Source of the DNA: Macrostomum hystrix | Taxonomy: Eukaryota; Animalia; Platyhelminthes | Assembly (NCBI GenBank): GCA_950097015.1 | Contig: CATNEN010000011.1 | Location: 5,146,001 to 5,210,000 of the forward strand | DNA: 64,000 nt | Direction of reading: 5' to 3' | Part shown: in pieces, positions 47,122-59,600 of the stretch | Position numbering within the stretch: position 1 is the first letter of the stretch | Layout: every line of letters begins with the position of its first letter | Program-made: the position numbers and the translations under genes | Notes under the pieces: model-generated | Seen by the model: only the letters and a program-made list of their open reading frames with translations | The model's database searches: none | What the model was told of the DNA's origin: nothing

Positions 47122-49026
47122 GGTTGTAGCCTTAGTTGTTAGAGCGTCGGACTCACGAAGGTCGGGGGTTCGATTCCCGACTCCACTGGAACAATTTGTA
47201 TCCTTTAGCAAGACACTTGAACTCTGCATGGCTTCAGTTCACCAAGCTGTGAAAAATGGGTACCAGCATAAGCTGGGGTAGTTAAGGTTGGGTTTGGCAT
47301 TCCCCCAGTCCATGGACTGAACAGCCGTACAGGAGGGGTAGATTGGGGAGACACTGGAGGGGTAGATTGGGGAGACACTGGAGGGGTAGATTGGGGAAAC
47401 ACAGGAGGGGTAGATTGGGGAGACACAGGAGGGGTAGATAGGGGAGAAATATATAAGGGTAGATTGGGGAGACACAGGAGGGGTAGATTGGGGAGAAATA
47501 GATGAGCGGTAGATTGGGGAGACACAGGAGGGGTAGATTGGGGAGAAATAGATGAGGGTAGATTCGGGAAACACAGGAGGGGTAGATTAGAGAGACACAG
47601 GAGGGGTAGATATGGGAGAAATAGATGAGCGGTAGATTGGGGAGACACAAGAGGGGTAGATTGGGGAAACACAGGAGGGGTAGATTGGGGAGACACAGGA
47701 GGGGTAGATTGGGGAGACACAGGAGGGGTAGATTGAGGAGACACTGGAGGGGTAGATTGGGGAAACACAGGAGGGGTAGATTGGGGAGACACAGGAGGGG
47801 TAGATTGGGGAGACACAGGAGGGGTAGATTGGGGAGACACAGGAGGGGTAGATTGGGGAGACACAGGAGGGGTAGATTGGGGAGACACAGGAGGGGTAGA
47901 TTGGGGAGACACAGGAGGGGTAGATTGGGGAGACACAGGAGGGTAGATTGGGGAGACACAGGAGGGGTAGATTGGGGAGACACAGGATGGGTAGATTGGG
48001 GAGACACAGGAGGGGTAGATAGGGGAGAAATAGATGAGCGGTAGATTGGGGAGACACAGGAGGGGTAGATTGGGGAGACACAGGAGGGGTAGATTGGGGA
48101 GACACAGGAGGGGTAGATTGGGGAGACACAGGAGGGTAGATTGGGGAGACACAGGAGGGGTAGATTGGGGAGACACAGGATGGGTAGATTGGGGAGACAC
48201 AGGAGGGGTAGATAGGGGAGAAATAGATGAGCGGTAGATTGGGGAGACACAAGAGGGGTAGATTGGGGAAACACAGGAGGGGTAGATTGGGGAGACACAG
48301 GAGGGGTAGATTGGGGAGACACAGGAGGGGTAGATTGAGGAGACACTGGAGGGGTAGATTGGGGAGACACAGGAGGGGTAGATTGGGGAGACACAGGAGG
48401 GGTAGATTGGGGAGACACAGGAGGGGTAGATTGGGGAGACACAGGAGGGGTAGATTGGGGAGACACAGGAGGGGTAGATTGGGGAGACACAGGAGGGGTA
48501 GATTGGGGAGACACAGGAGGGGTAGATTGGGGAGACACAGGAGGGTAGATTGGGGAGACACAGGAGGGGTAGATTGGGGAGACACAGGATGGGTAGATTG
48601 GGGAGACACAGGAGGGGTAGATAGGGGAGAAATAGATGAGCGGTAGATTGGGGAGACACAGGAGGGGTAGATTGGGGAGACACAGGAGGGGTAGATTGGG
48701 GAGACACAGGAGGGGTAGATTGGGGAGACACAGGAGGGTAGATTGGGGAGACACAGGAGGGGTTGATTGGGGAGACACAGGAGGGGTAGATTGGGGAGAC
48801 ACAGGAGGGGTAGATTGGGGAGACACAGGAGGGGTAGATTGGGGAGACACAGGAGGGGTAGATAGGGGAGAAATAGATGAGCGGTAGATTGGGGAGACAC
48901 AGGAGGGGTAGATTGGGGAGACACAGGAGGGGTAGATTGGGGAGACACAGGAGGGTAGATTGGGGAGACACAGGAGGGGTTGATTGGGGAAAGGAAAATT
49001 GCGGCTGTGCTGTCGGCTGCGCATCT
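47122..49026 (+). mobile_element. SINE family B split by a satellite (5' part 47122-47330, 3' end 48999-49026)
   Basis: Head and body through CAGTCCATGGACTGAACAGCCGTAC, then the array, then GCGGCTGTGCTGTCGGCTGCGCATCT. Confidence 0.82.
47329..48990. repeat. 24-nt G-rich satellite, reverse complement of the 44580-45270 array, with a 602-bp internal duplication
   Basis: ACAGGAGGGGTAGATTGGGGAGAC units; near-identical ORF pairs at 47625/48227 and 48034/48636. Confidence 0.95.
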
Positions 49027-49641
49027 GACCCAATTATAGTTATATTTTAGTTGAAAACTTGAGAGGCAACCAACAAAATCACGTATTACTTGCCGTAAAA
49101 GTTTTGTTTCATTATTTTTAGTGGTTTGTTAGACTCTTGGTTTAGATTTGAAATCGAGTTTAATTATTCAAATCTAAAGTCCCGTGAGGGAGTGCAAAAT
49201 GTCCCACGATTTTGCACCAGTCAAGATTTCTTGTCTGTTCCGCTCGAAATGCCGTTAAATTCATTCATTAAGCATGAGTGAGTTGCGATGGGATCCCGTA
49301 GCTGTGTTAATCCTAAAATCCCAAACTTTTTCACCCAAAAGAAAAGTTCTTTCAAAAAATTATAAACAATTCATAACTTGAATTCGTTAATTCGGTTAAA
49401 CCATTTTCATCATACAATTCAGCTTTTTACATTCAATTCGAATCTGAATGCTGAAATGATCAGTTCGTTTCTTTTAAACGGTAAATAAATGCGAAAGATT
49501 CATTGTTAGAAGCAACTGGCAGACGTCTAAAACAGAAATCAAATGCCAAGAAAGCAGAAAGGACAATAGAGAATTAGATAAAATTCAATATAAAAAATGC
49601 ACGCGATTGCAGAAAGGCTATGGGTCCTATAGAACAACATT

Positions 49642-49900
49642 TAGTGACACTAGACCCGCCGCCAGCGAGGAGGCAATTCTGCCCATTTCGCTGACTCCTG
49701 AGCACACACTCACACAGTTGTGCCCTGACCTTCTCATCGTCAGGCAGTGTACACTCTCACTGTGCCTCGGAGGTTGGCCCTCAAGGGCGTAAATTGCACG
49801 ACAAGCCCCCAAGCCTTCTCTCCGCGGCTGCAGCCCAAATGAATGTGGCCTCGCCGCGGAATCGAACTCAGGGACCTTGGTGCGAGAGGTAAATGCATCG
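49642..49900 (-). mobile_element. SINE family A
   Basis: GACACTAGACCCGCC...GCGGAATCGAACTCAGGGACCTTGGTGCGAGAGG matches the family A consensus. Confidence 0.85.
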
Positions 49901-50304
49901 GAAAATTTTATTTTCGAATAAATATAATTAAGCATAGGTACGTGTGTTAGCTAGTTAATAATTTCATCTTCGGCGAAATCAATTAACAAAATGAACGGCC
50001 TTAGACTAATCCTGCTAATCCAAATTCCTTTAAATAGAAATTTTGATCACCCCGAAAAAAGTTTGTTTAGCCTTCCGAATTAATTCAGGCTCAATTTTGC
50101 TAATGAGTTTTGTTTCTAAGAAAAAATTGAACTTTTTTTTCTGTCAAAAGCAGTTTGTCTCCTTCGACTGCTCCGATCAGATCCGATCAAAGTTGGCTGC
50201 GGCAAAGTCATGGCTCGGAGCTGCAAAGTAAAAGAAGAAAAATTTTACTAACGCTGCTTTCAAACGACGACTTAAATGAGACAGTTAACTGGAAATTAAT
50301 GTTT

Positions 50305-50590
50305 GAGAAATCTATGGTGGCGCGACCCCTAGAAAGGCATAGGGGCATGACCCATAAATCTATCTAGTGGCGCGACCCCTAAAAATCCGAGGCGGTTCAA
50401 CCCCAAAAAGTCTATGTTGCTGCGACCCTTAAAAATCGATGGCGGCGTGACCCCAAAAAATTTATGGTAGCACGACCCCTACAATTGCAAATGGCCCGAC
50501 CCCTAAAAATCTATGGTGGTGCGACCCCTAGAAAGGCAAAGGGCACCACCCCTTAAAATCAGTGGTGGCGCTATGTCCACAAATCTATGG
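50305..50590. repeat. Degenerate ~35-nt repeat
   Basis: TCTATGGTGGCGCGACCCCTA(G/A)AAA-like units; the core resembles that of the 370-910 array. Confidence 0.7.
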
Positions 50591-51259
50591 TGTCGGGAAC
50601 ATTTTTACGCCCAATAAAATAATTTTTTTCTTTCTATGCAACTTTACACAACAGGCAAATATAATTACCGAAAAATTTGTTTGTCGCATATATCCTCGAA
50701 GTTTTATCTGACCGAAATTCCGGTTGTCCGAGTTGTCGTAAATCTGCAAATAAATATTCGAAGAATGTAGCAAACGTAAAAATAAGACCGACTTTTTTTG
50801 CAGTGGTGCTTTGTTCTTAAATGTAAATATTTGTTCTTCCAACATATATTTTATACCTGCTGTATTATTATTATTATTATTATTATTATCTGAGCAGAAT
50901 ACAACAAATTTGTTTTTGTTAAAGTAAGGCTTCTGTAGGGTTACGAGAAAAAATGTACCTTGAAATTAGACACACTGTCATTTTCTTCCAAAATCGTTAC
51001 TTGTTACATAATGTGCACTGTGTGCGAAAATAAAATTAAAACAAATTGAAAGCCACAGTTTTTTTTTTGTTTTAATCTTGTTAATAAACAAAGCGATAAG
51101 CGACAGAGCTGTTTAAAACAAAAATTTTATATTAAAAGTTAAATAAAAAAATCTGGCATAGAACTGTGCCCACACATTTATTTGTAACTGGTTCAGAAAA
51201 AAACTAGTAAGTTTGTGAGTGTGTGTGTGTGTGTGTGTGTGTCTACATATTAAACTCAA

Positions 51260-52035
51260 TGCCTACCTGTTAGACACAATGCCTAACTGTTAGACACAAT
51301 GCCTACCTGTTAGACACAATGCCTAACTGTTAGACACAATGCCTACCTGTTAGACACAATGCCTAACTGTTAGACACAATGCCTACCTGTTAGACACAAT
51401 GCCTAACTGTTAGACACAATGCCTACCTGTTAGACACAATGCCTAACTGTTAGACACAATGCCTACCTGTTAGACACAATGCCTACCTGTTAGACCCAAT
51501 TCTCACCTATTAGACACAATGCCTTCATGTTAGACACAATGCCTTCGTGTTAGACACAATGCCTACCTGTTAGACACAATGCCTACCTTTTAGACACAAT
51601 GCCTACCTGATAGACACAGTGCTTTCCTGTTAGACACAATGCCTACCTGTTAGACACAGTGCCTACCTATTAGACACAATCCCTACCTATTAGACACAAT
51701 GCCTACCTGTTAGACCCAATTCTCACCTGTTAGACACAATCCCTACCTGTTAGACCCAATTCTCACCTGTTAGACACAATGCCTACCTATTAGACACAAT
51801 GCCTACCTGTTAGACCCAATTCTCACCTGTTAGACACAATCCCTACCTGTTAGACACAATGCCTACCTGTTAGACACAATGCCTACCTGTTAGACCCAAT
51901 TCTCACCTGTTAGACACAATGCATACCTGTTAGACACAATGCCTACCTGTTAGACACAATGCCTACCTGTTAGACACAATGCCTACCTGTTAGACACAAT
52001 GCCTACCTGTTAGACACATGAATCCTATGTTAGAC
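51260..52035. repeat. 20-nt minisatellite (TGTTAGA-core group)
   Basis: TGTTAGACACAATGCCTACC units, preceded by (GT)n at ~51217-51242. Confidence 0.95.
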
Positions 52036-52637
52036 ACGAAAAATAAGTTACCAATGTTATTGAAAAGTGTTATAATGCAAAGCGTCTGTGCAAAAAAAGC
52101 AAAATTAAAAGGACGGCCCTATAGGTTGCTCATGAGTTGTAGGAGGAGTAATAAAATAATAAATAAAAATATTGAGTAACAAAAGCAAAAATATGATTTT
52201 GAGTCATTTGCAAGTGCTCGGCATGCAGGTGTCTAGTGCAGTGGCAAGATATTCTATACTATACTACTTTGTCCGGGGTTTATAAGAGTTTTTTGTTTTA
52301 TTTTGTTAGCATTCGGGAATCAATTTCAACGTCGTTTGGCTGTTTTTAGTCGGTCTGCAACAGTGTCAAAATAATTTGTGAACAAAAAATTATCAACGTT
52401 GAATATCGAAGCATTGAAAAACTTAATTTGAATGAAGATTGTGAAATAAAATACGTTAGTAAAGGTTAATATTTATGTTTTCAATATCTAATATTAATTA
52501 TGTTAAGATTAGTGATAAGCTAGTGAAAAAAAGATGTGAAAATACTACTACAAGTAGTTTCGGTTATCAAATCCTAAGTAAAACTAATCTACAACAAAGA
52601 ACTAAAGAATACAATAACTTTTTTAGCATCGCGACAA

Positions 52638-52806
52638 GGTCAATTTACGCCCTTGAGGGCCAACCTCCAAGGCACAGTGAGAGTGTACACTGCCTGACAA
52701 TGAGAAAGTCAGGACCGATGTACACACCTGTGTGAGTGTGTGCTCAGGAGTCAGCAAAATGGGTAGAATGCCTCCTCGCATAGTTGCGGGTCCAGTGTCA
52801 TCAAAT
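52638..52806 (+). mobile_element. SINE family A, 3' half
   Basis: CAATTTACGCCCTTGAGGGCC...GTGTACACTGCCTGACAATGAGAAAGTCAGG...GCGGGTCCAGTGTCA. Confidence 0.85.
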
Positions 52807-52819
52807 TTTTAGCCATTAG

Positions 52820-55800
52820 TTATCTAGTATCCGGGATGGCGAAATGTTCAACAATTCTAACTGAAAATACACCTTTAACATAAGCGCCAATGGACAGGTA
52901 CAATCAGCAGAGCTATAGCGAACTTACTCGCAGCTGTTGTCGGTCGAAATGTCACGCCGCGCGGACGCGACCCACTCGGCGGTCGACTAAGCGGACTGCC
53001 TCCGCGACTGACGCCGCCCTCGACTCCGGTTCCGGTGGCACAGTTGACCAGCAGGACGGGACCGGGGGCGCATCGCTCGGCTCCAGTTGTCATGGCAACT
53101 AGTTGTAGCGACAATCTACCGCCAGCTGTTGACGGCGGATCTTCGACGCGAAACTGGCATCGACCTGGGGGAATCGGCTGACCGTAGGGCCGACCATCAC
53201 GAAGGATTTGATAGCCCTGCCGTGGTGGATTGGCAGCGTATTAAGGGGCTTTGATTTATTCCAGCAAGAAATTAATTTTTTTCAAGCTAATAAAGCACAT
53301 GCATTGGGACGTTTATTGCACGACAAGCCCCCGAGCCTTCTCTCCGTAGATATGCATGAATACACACAACACAACAGCCAATCAGATTACGGACAATTAT
53401 GGTCGTGTCTCACTGGGTTATAAGAATATCAAGCCAGCCAATCAGGCTTTCAGAAAGGGGAAGGGAATTTATAATATCGGCCAGCCAATCGAAGACGAGG
53501 AATTTGCGTCGGATGAAATTTTTATAACAGAAATGAGCCAACCAATGAAAACTGTCCATAGTATTGTACACAATGAAACACTTACGCTGACTAGTGCTGA
53601 TGGAGGCAGTGGTTCCCAGGCTACGGTGAGTCCTTCAGCGTCCAGAGCCTCCAGCGTGAGCTCCGGGCTCTGCGTGGCCGCGGCGCCCGTGACCCTGAGA
53701 GGAGGCTGGCTCAGGTCGCTCTCGCATAGGCAGGTCACGGTGTCCGAGTTCTGATCGACCTGGTTGTTTAATTTAAACAAAAGTTTTTTACAATTTTACC
53801 TTACAACTGAGGTTAGTCATCTTCGGAGCTATTACTAAATGCAGCTTTACCTCGTCACTGCCGGCGATGGCTTTGACTTGGACTTCGCACGGCTTGCCTG
53901 GCTGCAGATCGGACAGGTAGTAGTAGTAGGCGCTGCGACCGGGAGCCGCCTTCAAGTCGCCGTGCCACTGGCCGTCCACGTAGACCCTGGGTAATGATTT
54001 TTATTTACCTTTATTCTAGATTCGGGATTCTGCAACTTGGTGCGTTCATGGTTAAAAAGGTCCCGAGTTCGAATCTGCGCCGGCTCAGAGCTTAGCGGAA
54101 TGAGCAGAACTGTCTTGTCGCTAAATGATCAAACCACAGCTCTAAAACAGATTTGAAACTAGACAAAAGTTATACTATTTCCAAGTATAAAAGCTCTCTC
54201 ATAGCCCATTAACCTACTGATAGTAGGGTAATTGATTTTCATCATCTAAATCTTGGTGGACTTAAACAATTGATTTACGGGTTGAGCGGCAGAGCAGTCT
54301 TACGGTCCCTGGGCTCGATTCCGAGGCGAGACCACATTCATTTTGGGCGCAGCCGCGGACAGAAGGCTTTTTGTGCAATAATTACACCCTTTAGGGTCAA
54401 CCTATAAAGTACAGTTAAAAGTACACTGCCTGTACAATGCGAAAGTCAGGGCAGATGTACACACCTGTGAGTGTGCTTGTGTACGGCATCTGTGTGCGTG
54501 TGGCTCCTTGCTGGCTGTCTCCGAATCACGTGACATTGCTCACACAAATAATAATAAAGATAAGAAACCTGATCGAACTAACCGATAGCGGCTGACGTCA
54601 GCTTCTTTTGGCGCCCCCGCCCAGGACACGGTGGCCGCAGCTGAAGCGGCCCCGCCTGCCGCCGCCGCAGCCGGCGACACGGACGGCGACGGAGCTGGGG
54701 GTCGACGCGGGCAGACGACGCGAAGCGTCACCGAGGCCGGGCCGAGCCGGAAGTCGTCCTCCTGGCCGTCGCCCGTGATGCCATCGCCACCCTCGCCCTG
54801 ATTGACAAATGCGGCAGCTTGAACCGCTACACGAATGGTGCGGCCAGGCCGCAGCGGCTCCAGCGTCGTCTGTGACGTCTGCGATGGTAGAAGGCCGCCG
54901 CGGCGAGAGCCGTTGATCAGCAGCTGGTAGCCCGCGAGCTCCACCGACTGGGAGGACGACGCCAGCTGGCCTTCGTCGAATGTCCAACGAACTGCGACTC
55001 GGTTGACGCCCGATGAGACGGCGAAGAGGCGCGGCTGTGGAAGTGACGGCTGCTGCTGCTGCTGCTGCTGCTGCTTTGAAGACGTTGCTGAATTCTTAGC
55101 AGATTCGGCGCCAAGTTTTTCATCTTCAAAGCTGACCGCCTCGCCGCCAGCTGTGAAGGCCACAGCGGCGGAACGGGTGACGCGTTCCCCGGTCGCGGCC
55201 TCGTCGGGGTCTTGGACTGTGTCCGCGGACAGGGCGAAGGCCGAGATAACGTGAATGCTGGAAGGCAGGCAATGGAAGCAATATTGTAGACTGATCTCAT
55301 ATCAATTTGTCCCTCACGCCATTACCTCTCCGCCACCAATAAGCTCGTTAGTGGTGTACTTTTTCACATGCTCTCATGCTCCATCATTTAGCAGTCTATC
55401 GCCTAGGTTTTATGTTCCCGCATTACAAATTAATTTTATGACTCTAATTATTTTTTTTATTAGCCTATTTAGTGTTTAGTTTTAATCCATTTACTCTTAA
55501 CTGCTTTCAGTCAACAGTTTGCACAGTCTGCCCTAATATAGCAATTAGATAATTAGAACAGTCCTACGAGTGTTTTGCCTATGCTCTACATAGTTTTTCT
55601 TCTCTAAATACCTCTCTTTATAGAGTCAGTTTTCTGTACTATATTTCGTCGACATTCTCTCCACTTTCATCTCATCCCTATACATCTCATCTCTATTCCT
55701 CTCATCCCTATTCCTCTCATCCCTATTCCTCTCATCCCTATTCCTCTCATCCCTATTCCTCTCATCCCTATTCCTCTTATCTCTATTCCTCTCATCTCTA

Positions 55801-56594
55801 TTCATCTCGTCTCTATTATTCTCATCTTCTATTCCTCTCATCTCTATTCTTCTCATCCCTATTCCTCTTATCCCTATTCCTCTCATCTCTATTCATCTCA
55901 TCCCTATTCCTCTTATCTCTATTCCACTCATCCCTATTCCTCACATCCCTATTCCTCTCATCCCTATTCCTCTCATCCCTATTCCTCTCATCTCTATTCC
56001 TCTCATGCCTATTCCTCTTATCTCTATTCCTCTCATGCCTATTCCTCTTATCTCTATTCCTCTCATCTCTATTATTGTTATGTTTTATTCCTCTCATCTC
56101 TATTCCATTTCTCTTATCTCTATTCCTTTAATCTCTATTATTCTCATCTTCTATTCCTCTCACACGTATTCGCAGCCGGTGGCCAAGCCGCCGCAGACCA
56201 TCTCCCTGGCCGCAGGCCCGCAACTCCAGCTGTGCTGAATTCCGCTCTGCACAATGCGACCAGCCTCATCGTCGGGCACCCGGCCATCCTGACGAAATCT
56301 TCGGCCAGCCACGCTGACGGTGGATCGCAGTAGGCGCCAGTTCGATGCCTCGGCCGCGCCGAGCTTCGGGTTGAATCGCCAGACAACTCGCACTCGATCT
56401 GGCCCAGCCGAGGTAGCCAGGACGTCGGGTATCGGCGGCACGGGCTCCTGACTGACAGTCTGGGGTGTCGGCTCGCGCTCTGTCACCGGCAGCAGCAGCA
56501 CGGATGCGGCGCCAGGCAGCGGAAAATCGGTCTCCGGCTCCGTCGAGTCGATCGCCAGGCGGAATGCTTCTGGTTCTGATCCTGAACCTGCTGC

Positions 56595-56627
<33 letters not shown>

Positions 56628-59600
56628 CGAATTTGCCGATGCATTCAACTTCGATTTTGCACCTTTAGTTTTGTCGCCATCTGGAGGTGTTAAATTAAGC
56701 GGTGGGTCGTCGCCTAGTGATTAGAGCGTCGGACTCACGGCTTAAAGGTCGGGGGTTCGATTCCCGACTATAACTAGAAAAACTTGTTTACTTTAGCAAG
56801 GCAATTCAAGACAATGATTCTGCATTTTTTCAGTTTACTCAGCACTTAAATGAGTACCAACATTTGCTGTGATATTCGAAAGTGGGTGTGGCGTCCCCCC
56901 AGTCCATGGACTTAACAGCTGTACGCAGCCTTCAGATGCGCCTTTTAGTGACAACGAGCAAAAACGATTAAGACTAAACACAAGAGCGGCTGCTTCTTAG
57001 AAATTATAACCAAAATAATAACACTTGTGTCCTTAAGGCTGACACTTTATTCCTGCCCAGTCCATGGACTGTTTCATTAATTAAAAAAAATAATAATCTA
57101 GGAATTAAAAGTCAAGCTCACAGAAATTTTAAATATTTATTTATTCAGAGTTCAGAATTATAAATTTAAAACAACGCTACGAAAAAATGTCAGTGTAGTT
57201 TCTTAGAAATAGAAAAGAAAGAAATAGACAGAACACGCTGGAGGCATTTAGAAGTTCGATGAAAACAAATTAATTAAAAAATTAATCGCCAGATTTTCTA
57301 TTGCCATTGTTTACCATTTTCTCCATTCTCAGATTTTTCTGAAACCGACCAATTATCCTCATTAGCAACGTAACTAGCGTTGCCCTTAGCAACGGTTGCT
57401 ACGGTCGACTGGGGCGCGTCTTCTTCGAAATCTTCTTCGTAGGTGGAGGCTTTATTTGGCGAATCAGCCAAGCAGCCATGTTCCGCTGGTGCCCAATGGG
57501 TTTTTTGAGTCTATTAGATTTCAGGCTCATTTAACATTGTTCAACAGCTGATCAACGCTTAAATCATTTTTGAAGAAAGTATAAATACAATAATAAACTC
57601 ACCTTTGACATCTTCATTAGTGGCGTTACCATTCTCGATTTGACCCGTGTTGGCGTCATCGGGTCCATCGTCGAGCTTATTTGTCTTGCCTTTCTGCTGT
57701 CGCTTCTGCTTTTGCTTTGGCTGCTGCTGCTGCTTCTTCTTATCTTCTTTCTTTCCTGATTTGTTTTGTTTATCTTTGTCCATCTTTGCTTGCGTGTCAG
57801 CATCCTGTGGCTTGTCTTCGACTGTCTGGGTTTCAGCGGAAACTGGCATGGCTTCAGTTGCTTCAGCGGCAGCGGCGGCGGCGGCAACGGCTGCTTCTCG
57901 CTCGTGCTCGCACAGGCCCTCAACAAGGAGCAGGGCCTCTCGACTGCCGGCTGCTCCTGAGGAGACCATCGGCTGAGGCAGCGGCAGATGAAATTGGAGA
58001 CGGTTTGAAGGCAGTTCGAAGGTCTCGCCTGAAAAGTATAACAAAAACTAGTTGATAAAACTCAGGTGAAACTTCAGGGAAGTGAAACTTCAGGGAAAGC
58101 GAAGCTTCAGGAAGTGAAACTTCAGGGAAAGCGAAGCTTCAGGGAAGTGAAACTTCAGGGAAGTGAAACTTCAGGGAAAGCGAAGCTTCAGGGAAGTGAA
58201 ACTTCAGGGAATCGAAACTTCAGAGAAAGTGAAACTTCAGGGAAGTGAAACTTCCAACTCACCAGCTTGATCAGAGTACACCGCGTACACCATCAAGGTG
58301 TGTCGCCGCTCCAAATCGCAGCCGTCGATCACAACTCGACACCGCTGACCGTCAGCTTCGGGAATCACCAGCCGGCCGCACTGAAGGCCATTCAGGGCTA
58401 CTTTATACCCCAGCAAAGCCGAGCTTTGGGACAGTGGCAGCGCTGACCAGACCACGGCGACACTGTCCTGACTGTCAGCCAGCTCCAGGGAGATCAGCGG
58501 GCCGCGCTCAGCGCTATGGCTGGGACAGGTAAAGCGCTGCGAGCGAGGGGATAATCCAAGCCGATATGTATCGAAAAATGTGTATCCCAATCGCCTAGAC
58601 ACATTCCAGAGCGGGTTTCCACCTGTTAGACACCTGATATCCAACCTGTTAGACAACTGATATCCTACCTGTTAGACAACTGATATCCTACCTGTTGGAC
58701 AACTGATATCCTACCTGTTAGACACCTGATATCCTACCTGTTAGACAACAGATATCCTACCTGTTGGACAACTGATATCCTACCTGTTAGACACCTGATA
58801 TCCTACCTGTTAGACAACAGATATCCTACCTATTAGACAACTGATATCCTACCTGTTAGACAACTGATATCCTACCTATTAGACAACTGATATCCTACCT
58901 GTTAGACACCTGATATTCTACCTGTTAGACAACTGATATCCTACCTGTTAGACAACTGATATCCTACCTATTAGACACCTGATATCCTACCTATTAGACA
59001 CCTGATATCCTACCTATTAGACAACTGATATCATACCTATTAGACACCTGATATCCTACCTATTAGACAACTGATATTCTACCTATTAGACACCTGATAT
59101 CCTACCTATTAGACAACTGATATCCTACCTATTAGACACCTGATATCCTACCTATTAGACAACTGATATTCTACCTATTAGACACCTGATATCCTACCTA
59201 TTAGACAACTGATATCCTACCTATTAGACAACCGTATCAAGAATGTTCGACACAAGATAAAAAATTTCGGCTTACAATTTCATTTGATTCCAAATCAGGA
59301 TAAATGTCTGCCGAATTATTCCTGCCAACCAATTCGTCGCCCTTGACAACCGAAGCGTCTACGCGAATTAAGTACTCCACACCGGCGGATAATCCACCGA
59401 GTCGGTAGCAACCGTTGCTAGGCGAACCGATAGCCCACTGACTGCCGTTAACAAATAGGCGATATTTCACAGGTGCAGCAGTTCCGATCGATAATTGGAT
59501 TGTCGGCTGACGCCAGAAGATCTCGATGGTTCCTTCAGCGACTTGGACAAGTCGAATTGTTGGCGCACAGCTAAACCACAGCCAAGCATCAGTCTGCGAT

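Noticed and set aside
4982-56770. tRNA genes at the A/B-box sites (4982, 17350, 26651, 47122, 56701)
   Set aside because: No complete acceptor stem or Pol III terminator; each continues into a shared repeat body, so they are SINE heads.
53086-57401. RFX X-box matches (GTTGTCATGGCAAC at 53086-53099; GTTGCCCTTAGCAAC at 57379-57393)
   Set aside because: Both fall inside predicted coding exons rather than near a start site, so codon-driven coincidence is the simpler explanation.
58065-58250. Heat-shock-element-like GAAnnTTC repeats
   Set aside because: Only two correctly phased nGAAn units occur at a time; no three-unit HSE.
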